Shown: one piece after another, positions 23,546 to 36,089 of the stretch
Numbering within the stretch: position 1 is the stretch's first letter
Layout: every line of letters begins with the position of its first letter
Assembly (NCBI GenBank): GCA_013239625.1
Contig: MU054323.1
Span: forward strand, 9,227,220 to 9,267,513
Source: Lama guanicoe
Taxonomy: Eukaryota
Direction of reading: 5' to 3'
DNA: 40,294 nt
Made by a program: the position numbers and the translations under genes
Notes under the pieces: generated by a model
Databases searched by the model: none
What the model was told of the DNA's origin: nothing
Seen by the model: only the letters and a program-made list of their open reading frames with translations

Positions 23546-25149
23546 AATAATGAAAAACTCTTCTTTGCTGCTTTGAATTATCTTGGCACCCTTGCCAAAA
23601 ATCAGTTGACTATAAATATGAAAGTTTATTTCCAGACTCTGAATTCTATTCCATTGATCTGTATGTCTGTCCTTGTTTCAGTACCACACTGTCTCAATGA
23701 CTGTGGCTTTGTGATAAGTTTTGAAATTGGGAAGTTTGAGTCTTTCAGCTTTGCTCTTTGTCAGGATTACTTTTTGGCCATGCTGGACCCCTTGCATTTC
23801 CATGTAACTTTTAGGATTGGTTTGTCAGTTTCTGCCAAAAAAGCCAGCAGGGATTGCATGAAATCTGTAGATTAATTTCAGTAGTATTGCCATTTTAACA
23901 ATATTAAGTCTACTGATCTATGAACGTGAGATGTCTTCCCATATATGTAGGCCTTCTTTAATGTCTTTCAATAATGTTTTGTAGTTTTCACCGTGCAAGT
24001 CTTAAAACTTCTCTTACTAAGTTTATTTCTAAGTATTTTATTCTTTTGGTGTTGTAAATTAAATTGTTTTCTTAACTTCATGTTTGAATTGTTCATTGGT
24101 AGTGTATAGAAAAGCAGTTGATTTTGTACATCTCTCTTGTATCTTGCAACCTTGTGAAACTTGTTTATTAATTCTCATAGAATTTTTGTGTGTGTGTGAA
24201 TTCCTTAGGGTTTTCTATATGCAAGATCATGTCATCTGTGAATAGAGATAAGTTTACTTTTTCTTTCCAATCTAGATGCCATTCATTTCTTTTTCTTGCC
24301 TAATTGCCCTGGCTAGAACCTCCTGTACAATGTTGAATAGAATTGGCAAGAGTGGATATCCTTGGATCAGATTTCTAATGTTTAGTGGTTTGGAAATATG
24401 TATTACTGACAATGCTCCTTTGAGAAATTGAAAATCCAGCTTTGTGTCCTCCTTTAGTAGTAACAAAGTAATAAAATTTCTTCTATTGGAATTTAGCATG
24501 CTATTAATTTTTGATCAAGGCACAATAGTTTCTATCTTGGCTTTTTCCAAAACTTGAATGCCTCTGTTCTGTTAACTTAGGAATTTTTTTTCTAAAACTC
24601 ACTAAAGTAAGTCAACTGTAAGACTTTAAAAAACACATCTTTAATGTAAATATTCTCCTGAGGAATTGTGCGTGCTGGGTATAGTTGAATAAGAATGAGT
24701 AATCAGGACATTCATATTGTCTTTGCTAGCACCTCTTAGTCTTGGCTTGGGTTAATGGTTTATAGTTAGTACATTTGAAAAAAGTTAGTAAACTGTAGCA
24801 GACATAGTTGAAAACCAGAGATGATGATAGTGAGTAGGGTGAAGGAGAGGTAGTGATTATACTGTTTTGGTAATTTAATTCCACACCCAACTTCTGAAGG
24901 GTATATTTTATTGCTCATATTTTTTCCCTACAGAAAGTGATGGAAGTAACTCTTCATACTTTATTCTTTACCATAGATTTTACCAGTAGTTCGATATCCA
25001 GTTCAGAGAATTTCTTTCATATGTTGAGCATTTCTTGAATATATTCTATATGTATTGTACTTTGCCCTGTCAGAGACATGAAATAGCTAAGAGAGCACGC
25101 TTATTCTCTGAATGTTTACAAGGTATTTGGGAAGCTCAGGAATATGTAC

Positions 25150-26400
25150 TTACTTTGTACTGCTGTGTGTTAGTGGTTCTGTGTATAAATTCTGTCTCCC
25201 TCACTAAATGTAAGCTCCTTGAGGATAACTGCCTTTGTATTGACATGGTGTGTATCACAGTGCCTCTCTTGTACCATGAGTTTATTAGGAATTTTAAAAA
25301 TTAATGGAAAAACAAAACCAATATAAGACTACAGTTAAATGCTCAGTGAATGGCATAAACAATCAGTATTGTTAAATTTCAAAAGTAACAATGATCAGTG
25401 TGTACTGGATTTATTAGGCAAGGCTTCATGCAAGAGAAATAAGTAAGTAAGAGGGCTCATAAAGGATAGGTAAGAATTGAGCAAGGGGAAAGAGCATTTC
25501 AGCTAGGTGTCATAGTTTGGAGGTCAGCGAGCTGATTGTATTGACTGGAATAGAAAATTGGTATCGGCTTGTAGATAGAAAGAAGGGTGGGTCAATGAGC
25601 AGCAACACTGTATTTTGGAGGCCTTACATACCAATTTGAAAAGTTTACTTTTACTCCATTTGACATTAGAGAACCATTTAAACTTTTTGAGCTAGGATGT
25701 TTTGGGGCAAAGCAGTACTTTAGAAGATTTACTTCATGATAGTTTGTATTATGGGCTAGAGGGAGACTGGTATTGGGAGACCAGTTAAGAGGGTATGGTA
25801 ATAATTCTTCTAGTCTGTTGTACTCTTTAAGAACAGAGTTCTTTGTTTGATTTTTCATGCCTAACAGTGCCTAGAGCAGAGTTCAAATATTTGTTCTTTG
25901 TAGGGAGGGAAATAGCTTGGTGGTAGAGTGCAAGCTTAGCATGCATGAGGTCCTGGGTTCAATCCCCAGCACCTCCATTAAAATTTTTTTTTTCTTCTTT
26001 GGATGCATCAGTGTATGGTCTAAGCGGGGCCTGAGTTGAGCTGATCACAGCAGGAAGTATTCATGTGAGAAACACTTTGGAGGAAAAATTGAGATGACTT
26101 GTTTCATGAGTGTAAAGAGTACGGGTAAGGTCAAAGATGACATTAAAGTTTCAGCATGGGTGACTAAGGGATAGCAGTGCCTTCCCTAGATAAAGGGAGG
26201 TCAGTCAGGGGAAGAGAGGAGTGAGAAAAGGGACAATCACGAGAATGTTTTTAGACTTGCTGTGTTTGAAACTGAAATACATAGTACATAGTGATAGAAA
26301 GGCTCAAATGAGAACTGCAGTCTGAATGTTTAAATTTGGATGTCACTATGAAGATATTATTTGAGCAGTAGAAATGATTGGACTGATATAACACTATGGT
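25150..26400. mobile_element. Cluster of decayed L2 fragments in both orientations
   Basis: L2 3' ends ctccctcactaaatgtaagctccttgagga and cctaacagtgcctag. Antisense L2-like gggagaccagttaagagg and ggtcaaagatgac..aagtttcagc. Confidence 0.55.
25903..25983 (+). mobile_element. Short tRNA-Ala-derived SINE (Vic-1 type, head only)
   Basis: gggagggaaatagcttggtggtagagtgcaagcttagcatgcatgaggtcctgggttcaatccccagcacctccattaaaa, with a degenerate flanking repeat ttt(g/c)ttctttg. Confidence 0.85.
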
Positions 26401-26659
26401 GTGTGTATGGGTGCAGACGTGTGCGTGTGTACAAGTTTACACACTCATACGCCAGAGCCCCATATGTGTGTTAGACTGTGGATATACTAGTCTGCCTATT
26501 GGTATTAGCAGAATGATGAAGACCGAGTCTTGGGGTGAGCAGAGGACGTAAAAGGGAGCTAAAGAGGGAGAAAGGAGGAGAACAGAGAGGTAGAAGAATT
26601 TATAGCACAAATGTGCTAAGGAGCTTTTGTAATTTGTCTTATGCTTCAGTATAATGCCA

Positions 26660-26920
26660 GTAATAACAACAGCAGTACTCTGTATGACCTCCTGAGTGCT
26701 TACAATTCGCCAGACACCTTTCTGGCATGCTGCCTCTTTTTATCCTCACAACAAAGCTGTGATGTCAGTACTGTTATATCTCCTTTTTCCTGATGAAGAA
26801 ACTGAACTCTAAGGAAGTTAAAACTTGCCCAACGTGACTTGAGCTAATAAATAAATAGGGGATCTCTTGGATATAAACCTGACTTTTTGGACCCCCAGCC
26901 AAACATTCTTTTCATTATAC
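26660..26920 (-). mobile_element. MIR, near full length
   Basis: tatcctcacaacaa..tactgttat..gatgaagaaactga..aacttgcccaacgtgac..gctaataaat. Confidence 0.75.
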
Positions 26921-27319
26921 CGAAGGTCGGTCTGTTTAATTTCTTCGAGACAAGGGCTGTATCTTTAGAGACCTAGTCCTTGATAAAGGCTTATTAATTA
27001 GCAGGCAGTGAGTGGACAGTAATGCTTCCTATTGTAAAAAGCTGCGTGTACTTTGGATTTTGTTGTGTCTACTTTTCTACTTGGATACTTATATTTATCG
27101 TGTATTCGAAGATAACACTTTTTGATTGCATGTTGTGGATGTTAATTTAAAAGAAGATATCAGTTCTTTTGTTTGAAGAATTAATCATTCAGAAAGTGCT
27201 TTTTGAACTTTTTGTTAAACTAACATAAACTTCTTTTAGAAGTTTTTCTGATGTACTCCTCAGATTATTCATATATTAGCAAGGAAATAAGAAGGGCCTG
27301 ACATTTTCTTTTATTTCAG

Positions 27320-27414
27320 GGGATATCATTTTCAATGCCCAGTACCCAGAACTGCCTCCTGATTTTATCTTTGGAGAAGATGCTGAGTTCCTGCCAGACC
27401 CCTCGGCTCTGCAT
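27320..27414 (+). CDS. BABAM2: Internal coding exon of BABAM2 (BRISC and BRCA1-A complex member 2; BRE/BRCC45), N-terminal UEV-like region; probably exon 4
   Basis: Acceptor cattttcttttatttcAG ends at 27319, with a candidate branch point cctgAc at ~27301. Donor GTGAGT is at 27415-27420. Phase-1 translation is (T)GG GAT ATC ATT TTC AAT GCC CAG TAC CCA... = [32 protein letters not shown], which matches the BRE/BABAM2 protein as I recall it (about residues 69-100). The exon is 95 nt and is missing from the ORF track because it has no start codon. Confidence 0.96.
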
Positions 27415-29167
27415 GTGAGTACTGCAGGCGCGTTTGGACGATCTTCATTTGTTGAAAGGAAAATAAAGTTAGCTTTTGACAGTTGCTTAACAGATAAGTT
27501 TGCCAAGCATATGGATTTTTTTCCCACCCCTTTTTTCTCTGCCCTGTGAAATAAGTACAACTCTTTGTGTGCCAAAATAGTTTATAGAGTTTTTTTTCCC
27601 TTGCAGTTTTACTTTCAGGCTATTTTGAATTAATGAAAGTCTCTAGCATATTGGTTAAAATATTTTTACTTCAGTTTAAAGAGACATGTTGAAAACATTC
27701 TCTTTGTTTTAACTTGATATTTCATGCCTGCAATCAATTTTCTAATGTTTACTAACACTTCATCACAGGACTTTTTAGGGGAATGTTTTCTTGGCTCTTC
27801 AAGAGGCCTTTTTTTGTATAGAAGTGAAAGTGGCAAATTTGGACTTGTATCTGCATTATCTCAGTATTATTATCAGAAGGGTAAAGACCAGATTAAGTGT
27901 CCTTTATTGAGTAAGACCCAAAAGTTCGTAGTTGAAGTAGAATGTTTCTGGATTTAAAGCCGAGAGAAGGGTGATGGTACTTGTCAGAGCACATGCGGTT
28001 TATATAAAAATTGTGTTTGAATGGCTGGTAGAGAAAAACATGTGCTGTTCTGTTTAAAAGGTCTGACCAGACGAAATGTCTCTTTCTTTCCCTTCTCATG
28101 TTCGATTTTGCTGTGAAGTCTATGCTATAAGAGATTTTAATATTGTTCAAAAACTATGTTCTTAGTTTTGTTTGTTTGGGCATTTTTTTTGTCTCATCAA
28201 AGTTTTCTAATTAGAAGTTTGAGGACTTGCTTTGAAATGTTGCCTCCCCTCCCTTTTTTAAAAGGGAAGTATTAGACAGGAAGTATTAACCCAAATCTAA
28301 AGAATTATCTTAAATTTGGGAACACAGCTGTAAAAATATGGTTAGAAAGAGTAGGATGGTTTTGTTGCAAAACTTTTAATAATTACACGTAAACTGTTAC
28401 TTTGGTTGATTGTTTTTTTTAAATGTTGTTTAAAGATGGTCCCTTTAGATGCTTTATGTTACAAATTCACCCCATATTGAAGCTGAAAGTCTTACCTGGA
28501 GAAAACAAGGCAGAAATACCCCTATAGACCTGTCCTGTGTTAAATCTGCCCAGTGCAGGATAGCACATGCTAAATGCCAAAGAAATGTTAGAGGCTGAGT
28601 GCTCCAGAAGTTTCAAGAAGATTGTCAGAAGTGACTTTGTAGTGTATTCATACACAAAGAGTGGAACAGAAGTGGGGAGTATGGCTGCGAGTATTTCAAC
28701 AAGGGGACTGACATAAACAAATATGTATAATATATTGTAGAAGGAGGTACTGACAGGTTTCCTGAAGAGTAAATTACTATGAAGAAGAGCTAGAAAAGGT
28801 TAGAAAGATAAATTGGGGTAAGATTGTGGAGTACATTGAATGCTAGGTTAAGAGCCATTGAAGGAAATGATACTTTGAGAGTCATCTAACAGCAGTGTAT
28901 GTAGTCAGTATAATAGGTTAAGAAGAAATTGGGGACCAGAACTGAGGATTGCTGTAAAAATCTAGATGGGAAAGAAGGAACTTTGAGCTAAGATGATGCA
29001 AGAGGGAACACACACAACACTGTGATGGAAGGGATAAGAAATATATGTTTATAATTTCTTTTTTGGAATTGCCCTTAAAATTTGCAAGACACATCTTCAA
29101 TATTGACAGGTATTATGAGAGTATATTTATTTATTTATCTATTGATTTATGTGAGAGCATAGACTTT

Positions 29168-29336
29168 TTTCTTATTGTATAATCAGTTGCAATGTGTCAA
29201 TTTCTGGCATACAGCACAATGACCCAGTCATGCATATACATACATATATTCATTTTCATATTCTTTTTCATTAAAGATTACTACAAGATATTGAATATAG
29301 TTCCCTGTGCTATAAAGAAGAAACTTTTTTTTTTTA
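29168..29336 (-). mobile_element. Short 5'-truncated lineage-specific L1 3' end
   Basis: caatgtgtcaatttctgg..acagcacaat..cagtcatgcatatacatac..gaatatagttccctgtgctata. A 16-bp TSD tgagagcata(g/c)acttt lies at 29152-29167 and 29337-29352. Confidence 0.85.
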
Positions 29337-30615
29337 TGAGAGCATACACTTTAAAAGCTAGAAAAGACCTTATGGTTCATCTGATTCTACTTTTCTGTTT
29401 TAGTATTGAGGAAATTGACCTAGATTTATATAATTGTGTTAGAGTTGATATTATAACTCTACTCTTCTGATATTTAGTCCCTGAGTGAAGTTATCACAAA
29501 TGTTTCTGAGAAATTAGCTGAAAAAGAGCAGCCAAAATACCAAAGCACCATATCTAAAAGAGAGATTATAAATATAGAGGAACACCTTCCCTTTAGCTAT
29601 AGTTGATCTAAGACCTCAGGCAGGCTACCCAGTGCTTCTTCATGGACCAGTGGGCTGAGCAAGCCTAGATAAGCAACCAGGGTACAGCCTCCACTAGCTG
29701 GATGAGGTCTGCATAGCCTGGAGGGAACCCTCGATGTTCGTTGTCATCTGGCTAAAACACTAGGACAGGGTGAACTGCAAGACCTGATCGTCATCAGACA
29801 TTTCTCTGAGCACAGTTTGCCTCTGAAGGACTCTATTCAACTGTTAACAGGTTATGATTTAGTTCATAGATTTAGTTCAGATTTTTCCCTTCCTTCTTGA
29901 AGTACACACAGCATAGTCACTAATAACCTGATTAGTCTATATACTGTTCTGAATGAAGGGGATTACATATTTTATCACCCATGGAGTGGAAAACAGAATG
30001 CCTAGACTTCTTGGATTTTTCCACTGAAGTACTAGCTGGGGAAGGGAATGAATATGTACCCTTAGAATCTACAAGTGTAGTCCAAAGTAGTTCCTGTGGC
30101 AAGTATGGAATTTCCTTGAAGTTTCTGGTTTTATCTTAAAAATTCATGAAAGTTTTGTATTTGATTATACAGTATATCTATGTTTTCTATAAAAGCCTAT
30201 TAAACTATAAATATTTGAAGAAAAAGATGGGCTTTCCATTATATCTTAGTTTGAGAAATAATAGTTTTAGATACTATATGTGATCTTTTAGTTGTTTAAT
30301 TTATTTTAAAAAATTAATTGATTAATTAATTATTGAGTTATAATTGTTTAATTTATTTAAATTTATTTTGTTCCAAGAAATGATTTGGAGTAGCTTAAAT
30401 AAAGGATACACATAAGGTTAATAAAAATATATGAGGTGTTCTGATCCATCAGATGAAGCTCCTTCTTTCTAAACTCAAACTCTTCATTCAGGAAGGTGAA
30501 TTCCATTAAGAATTTTGAGATTCTCAGATGAATGGACAATGCTAGATAGATACCAGATCTAGATCTCATAGATACTAGAGAATCATAAAATTATTGAGTT
30601 AGGATCTTAGTGGGT

Positions 30616-30789
30616 CAGTTGTTCCCACTTCTGGCTATACATTGGAATAATTTAGGAAGCCTATTAAAAATACAGATGTTTGGACCCCACTGGACATACT
30701 GAATTAGATGCTTTAGGGAGCCAAAAAGTCATGAAACTCCCTGGATGATTTTTATGTATTAGTCCATAAACTGCTATTGGGAACCACTG
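30616..30789. mobile_element. MER5-like hAT-Charlie MITE
   Basis: Terminal inverted repeats cagttgttccca / tgggaaccactg. Interior taaaaatacagatg..gaccccac..actgaattaga..ctccctggatgatt. Confidence 0.75.
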
Positions 30790-30909
30790 ATTGAATCCAT
30801 CTTTTACAGTATTATCTCCAATAGAAGGCTATTTGCCTTTGCTTAACATTATTTCCAGTGAGGTATCATTTTCCATTTTGGGGCCAGCTCTGATTTTTTA
30901 AAAAAAAAC

Positions 30910-32725
30910 AGCTTTATTGAGACATAATTTATATGTCATACAATTCACCCATTTAAAATAGTGTATAATTCAGTGGTATTTAGTATATTCAGAGTTGTGC
31001 AACTATCATCACAGTAAAAAATTTACCCTAAAAGAAACTGCAAACCCATTAGCAGTCAATTTCTTATCCTCCCCACCCCCACCCTTGTTCACTCTAGGCA
31101 ATAACTAACTAATCTACGTTCTCTCTATAGATTTACCTCTTCCGGATATTTCACATAAATGGAATCATACACTATATGGCCCTTTGTGACTGTCTTCTTT
31201 CACTTAGCATACTGTTTTCAGTGTAACATGTATCACTACCTCATTTTTTATTACCAAATAATATTCCGTTATGTACATTTATCACATTTTATTTATACAT
31301 TGTCAGTTGATGGACATTTGGGTTATTTCCACATTTTGGATATTATAAATACTACTGTTGTATGGAAGTATTTCTATTTCTCTTGGATATATCCCTAAGA
31401 GTGGAATTACAGGGTCAAATGGTAATACTATGTTTAACTCTTTGAGGAACTCCCAGACTGTTTTTTCTTAGGGGATGTTCTCTTTTACATCCCCATCAGT
31501 GGTGTAAAGTGTTCCAGTTTCTTCACATTCTCACCAACACTTCTTGTTATCTGTCTTTATGATTATATCCAACCTAGTTGGTATGAAGTGATTATCTCAT
31601 TGTGGTTTTTGGTTGGCATTTCCCTGAGGGCTAATGATGTTTTGCATCTTTTTGTGTTAATTGGCCATTTATTTATCTTCTTTAGAGAAATATCTGTCCA
31701 AATCCTTTGCCCATTTTAAAATTAGGTTATTTGTCTTTTTTATCATTGAGGTATAAGAGTTCTTTATATATTCTGGATACAAGTCCTTATCAGATATATG
31801 ACTTATGAAATTTTCTCCCATTCTGTGGATTATCTTTTCACCTTCTAGATAATATTGTTTGAAGGACAAAAATTTAAAATTCTTATGAAGTCCCACTTGT
31901 CTATTTTTTCTTTTGCTGCTGGTGCTTCTGGTTTCATATCTAAGAAACCATTGCCTAGGCCAAGTTGACGAGGATTTACTCATGTTTTCCTTGGAGAGTT
32001 TTATAATTTTTGCTCTTACATATAGGTCTTGGATCCATTTTGAATTATTTTTTGTATATGGTGTGAGATAGGGGCCTTCCTTTATTATTTCATAAGTAGA
32101 GGTTTAGATGGCCCAGCACAGTGTATTGGAAAGACTATTTTTTTCTTATGAATTGTTTTGGCATTCTTGGCATTCTGAAACTCATTTGACTATAAATGTG
32201 TGGGTATATTTCTGGATTCTTATTCTATTATGTTCATCTATATTTTAAACTTATACCAGTACCACACTGTCTTGTTTGTTGTGACCTTGTAATAAGTTTT
32301 GAAATTGGGAAGTGTGAGTTTTCAGACTTTGTTTTTCTTCTCCAAGATTGCTTTAACTATTGAGTCTCTCGCTTCCATATTAATTTTAGAATCAGCTTGT
32401 CAATTCTGTAAAGAATCCAGCTGGGATTTTGATAGAGATTGCATTTAATCTGTATATCCAGCTAGAGATTACTGCCATCTTAACAATATTAAGTCTTCTA
32501 ATCCAGGGACATGAAGTGCCTTTCCATTTTTAAGTCTTTAATATCTTTCAACGATGTGTTATAATTTTCAGAGTACAAGTTTTACACTTATTTTGTTAAA
32601 TGTATTCCTAAGTACTTTATTCTTTCTGTAAATAGACTTGTTTTTAATTTCATTTTTGGTTTCATGTTGTTGCTGTACAGAAACAGTTGATTTTTGTGTG
32701 TTGATCTTGTATCCTGCAACCTTAC
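30910..32725 (-). mobile_element. L1MB-type LINE-1 (3'UTR plus decayed ORF2)
   Basis: cagctttattgagacataattt 3' end. Minus-strand remnant NNLILKWAKDLDRYFSKED. Confidence 0.9.
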
Positions 32726-33959
32726 AGCTCTAACTTTTAATATAAAGTTTTTCTACTGAGCAAAAATCTCTCTACAGACTTATATTCTTTATCTCTTTCT
32801 GCTTTCTTGAGGTAAATCCGTTCATTGTGGAAGCTGGATGATTACATATTTTGATATTGAGATGTGATTATAAAATAGTGACATTGCTTGCTTCTTCTTT
32901 GATCTCATAAACTGAACCTAAAGTGTTTCTTAAAGTAGAAATGGAAGCAGTATTGCAAAAAGATTATAGTTTTTCCAGAAGCTATTTTTAAGATCAAGAC
33001 TCATAAATTGTAGATTTGTTAAAAATTTGCTTCATTGTTCTACTTTATATATGCTGATAATGTATTCACCAAACCATGAAGTCAAAGGAACTGAAAGTTA
33101 CGCCCTAAGTTCTAAGCAATGGATGTAAAGCCTGAACTCTACTCCAGATGTGTTCCCTGTTTAGTATGGGAGACACCACTTTATTTAATAGACAATGTGA
33201 GAAGATCATGTGAATTCAACATAGTACATGGCAGAGGGAGCAATTAATGGTTTGGGGCTGGTGATGAAAAGTTTTATATACGACAGTAATGTGATAATTT
33301 TCTAGTTAATCTGTACATAGAAGTATTTTTCAGGGACACTTAAGAAGAGTTGATTCTTGATTCGAGTGGTCATTTGTAGAGCTTTTTCCTGTTTGCACTT
33401 TCATCCTGAACCTCAAGTCCTAAGCATTTGCTGATTAAAGAGCTGTCCCTGCAGCATAAGTTAATTTGTTGGTGGGTTTGCTTTTATTGTATTCTGTCTT
33501 ATGTGTTTGCCATACTGTTTCATGTGTCATGTTATAACTAAGATGCTGACTTATTGATGCCCTCTTTTACTAATGAAAAAGCATAAAAATCAACAAAAGA
33601 CGAATTGAGGAAAATCCTGTCAGTATTGACTGATTACATACTGTGTGTCCAACACTGTGTTATATGGGACTTGAACTCAAGGAGGCTAACTTTTAGGGAG
33701 ATGTAGATACATGAAAACAGTGGCCACAGGTGGTATATAATTCAGTGTTGGAATAATTGATACAAAGAAGTGCTGTGGGATAATTGCATAGTGTTTTCAC
33801 ATACAGTATGTAACGTAAGAAGAGAGGATGATCAATTAGTTAAGACAGAGGCTCCATTAAAATGAGAAAGGAAAATTATGATGAGTTGGAATTGTGGGAT
33901 TAAAATCATCAGAAAGAAGTTGGAGCTTGTGCTGAACTCTAAGTGATGGGGCTGCTATA

Positions 33960-34550
33960 GCTGCTGTAATTGCTTCTCTGATCTTGTCTCCTTCCATCCT
34001 ACACCTTGCTCATTCTTCTCCAGCCACACAGGCCTCCTTGCTATTCTTCAAAAATTCTAAGGACCTCCTTAGAACTGCTTTATTTGCTATTCACCATTTT
34101 CATTCCCTTCTGCATGGAACTTTCTTTCCTCAGTTATCTGAGTGGCTTGCTCTCCTACCTTCTAATGTCGTTACGTTAGGAAAGCTGTTACTGCTTTCCA
34201 TGTGCAAAATAGTAGTAATACCCTTCTTCTCTCATCTTTATCCTGCTTTATTTTCTTCATTGCACTTTATCAGCATTTGTTAAAACTTGAGCTCCTTATT
34301 AGGTATCTGTTTCTGCTAAGGTTACCAACTGCCCTTGTTTGCCCAGGGGGTGAAGGTTTTCTGGGATTTAGTATGTTCACTACTAAGATGGGACAGTCCC
34401 AGGCAAACTGGGATACATGGTCACCTTTGTTTATTCACTGGACTGGAAGCTTCTGGAGAGAGTGGGATTTGTTTTGTTCACTACTGTATCCTAGTATCTA
34501 GAAGAGTGCCTGGTGCATGGGGGTGTGCCGTGTGTATCTGTTAGGTGAAT
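33960..34550 (+). mobile_element. L2a 3' fragment interrupted by MER81
   Basis: ctccagccacacaggcctccttgctattcttc..., ttttgttcactactgtatcctagtatctagaagagtgcctgg. Confidence 0.75.
34317..34428. mobile_element. hAT-Blackjack MITE, MER81-like
   Basis: taaggttaccaactgcccttgtttgcccaggg...gggacagtcccaggcaaactgggatacatggtcacc, with degenerate terminal inverted repeats. Confidence 0.75.
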
Positions 34551-35549
34551 AGTTTGCCTTTAAGGTTCTGCATTCCTTAAGAGACTTGCTGGTTTCCAAG
34601 ATTAGAAAATGTTTTAAATAAAAATTTCATAACAGAAGAAAAGATTCAGTTTTAGAGAAATCTGGGGTAAAAAATCAGTTAACAGAAACTCTGAAGCAGT
34701 GATTTTTTTCAGCCTTGGGTTTGCAACACCCTGTGGTCTGTTCAGCTACCTCAAAGGTTATTGTGAAATTCTTTCCCCTCAAAGTAATAGTGATAATTCC
34801 CTTTAATTTAAAATAAAATTGCATAAAGGAGGAAGGGTGGATCACACGTTTAAATGAGAACATGTTGCAATTATAGCAGGGTTGGAAACCACTGATATCT
34901 GACTTCCTAGTTTGAAGAAGGTGACGACGATGTTGTGCTCGGGACCAGCATCTTCAGAATAGGGAACATAATGCTGCTGCTGGTACCACCCACCAGTTGT
35001 ATAATTCCTTCACTGCCCATTCTGCCCACCTGGAATGTAAGTGTGGAAGGAAATGTTGTATTACCTCCTTGTCCCTTCTCCTCTCCTGTTCTTCTCTGTT
35101 CTCCCCAAAGAAAGACATCTTTGAAATGCGTCTGTGCAAAATAGTGTCCATCCCCTGTGTACATAAAATATATTCAAAATATATGTAAAGAAACCACTAA
35201 GCTAAGACGGACTGCATGACCCACTGCTGAAAAATGCTGCCCTGATGTTGGTGTTCCTGCTCCTAGACACCTCCCTTGCCCCAGCCCATAACGTATTCTA
35301 CAAGAGAGCGCTCTGCATTTTTCAGATAGCTATTGAATGCCTCATTTGAGACCTATAAAACTCATCTTTTACCCTCAAGCTGGACATAATGCTCGGGACA
35401 GATAAGTGAAGAGAATCGCAGCCTCGGGTGATATGAGCAGGCATAGAGGTGTGTGCACAGGGTGCTGCGGGGACATATAGGAGGAGCACTTTACCAGACA
35501 CAGGGACACTAAGTATCAGGGACTTAGAAGCATATTATTTGGTTGTTTA

Positions 35550-36089
35550 TAAATAATAATACATTTTTATGTAACTTGAAGAATAACACTCCTACTGAAG
35601 AGTACAAATCATAAGTATATAGCGTGGCAAATTGCCAAAAAGTAAACACATCATGTAACTGGCACCTTGATCAAGAAACAGAACACATCAGCTTCCAGAA
35701 GCCCCACTCATGCCCCCTCCCATCACTGTGACCACCTTGCGCAAGAGTAAACACTATGCTGACTAAAATCATCATCATTAATTTTGCCTCTTTTTGATCT
35801 TTCTACAATTGGAATCAAACAGCATGTACTTGTGAGTCTGATTTGTTTGGGAACTTCACCCATGCAGTTGTTGTTGTTGTATGCCCATTGCTCATGGTGT
35901 TCCACTGTGTGAGCATACCTCATTTCCTTTATCAGTTCTATTACTGATTAGCGTTCGGATTATTTTTATTTTTTTGCTGTTGTGAATAGTGCTACTATGA
36001 ATATTCTACATGTCTTGGTAAATATATGTGTGCGTTTCTGATGGGTATGTACCGAAGGGTGGACACGCTGGCTCACATGGTATAGAGAA
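35550..36089 (-). mobile_element. Old L1ME-like 3' fragment
   Basis: gatcaagaaacagaaca..ccagaagcccc, aattttgcct, tgtgaatagtgctactatgaatattct. Confidence 0.75.

Larger units (their letters stand above)
21202..24370 (-). mobile_element. L1MB-type LINE-1 (3'UTR plus decayed ORF2), interrupted by two later insertions
   Basis: 3' end agctttattgagatataattcacatacc. Minus-strand ORF2 remnant [22 protein letters not shown] at ~24272-24360. Confidence 0.9.
1..27319 (+). other. BABAM2: BABAM2 intron upstream of the exon (partial, >27 kb)
   Basis: No sequence encoding the preceding BABAM2 peptide (...FKLHIPYAGETLK) was recognised, and the region is repeat-rich. Confidence 0.8.

Noticed and set aside
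25903..25977. Functional tRNA-Ala(AGC) gene
   Set aside because: It has the SINE-type 5' extension, a disrupted D arm and acceptor stem, and an A tail. It is a SINE; the same applies to 2462-2537.
27276..27575. 99-aa minus-strand ORF overlapping the exon
   Set aside because: Antisense shadow of the BABAM2 exon with no recognisable protein.
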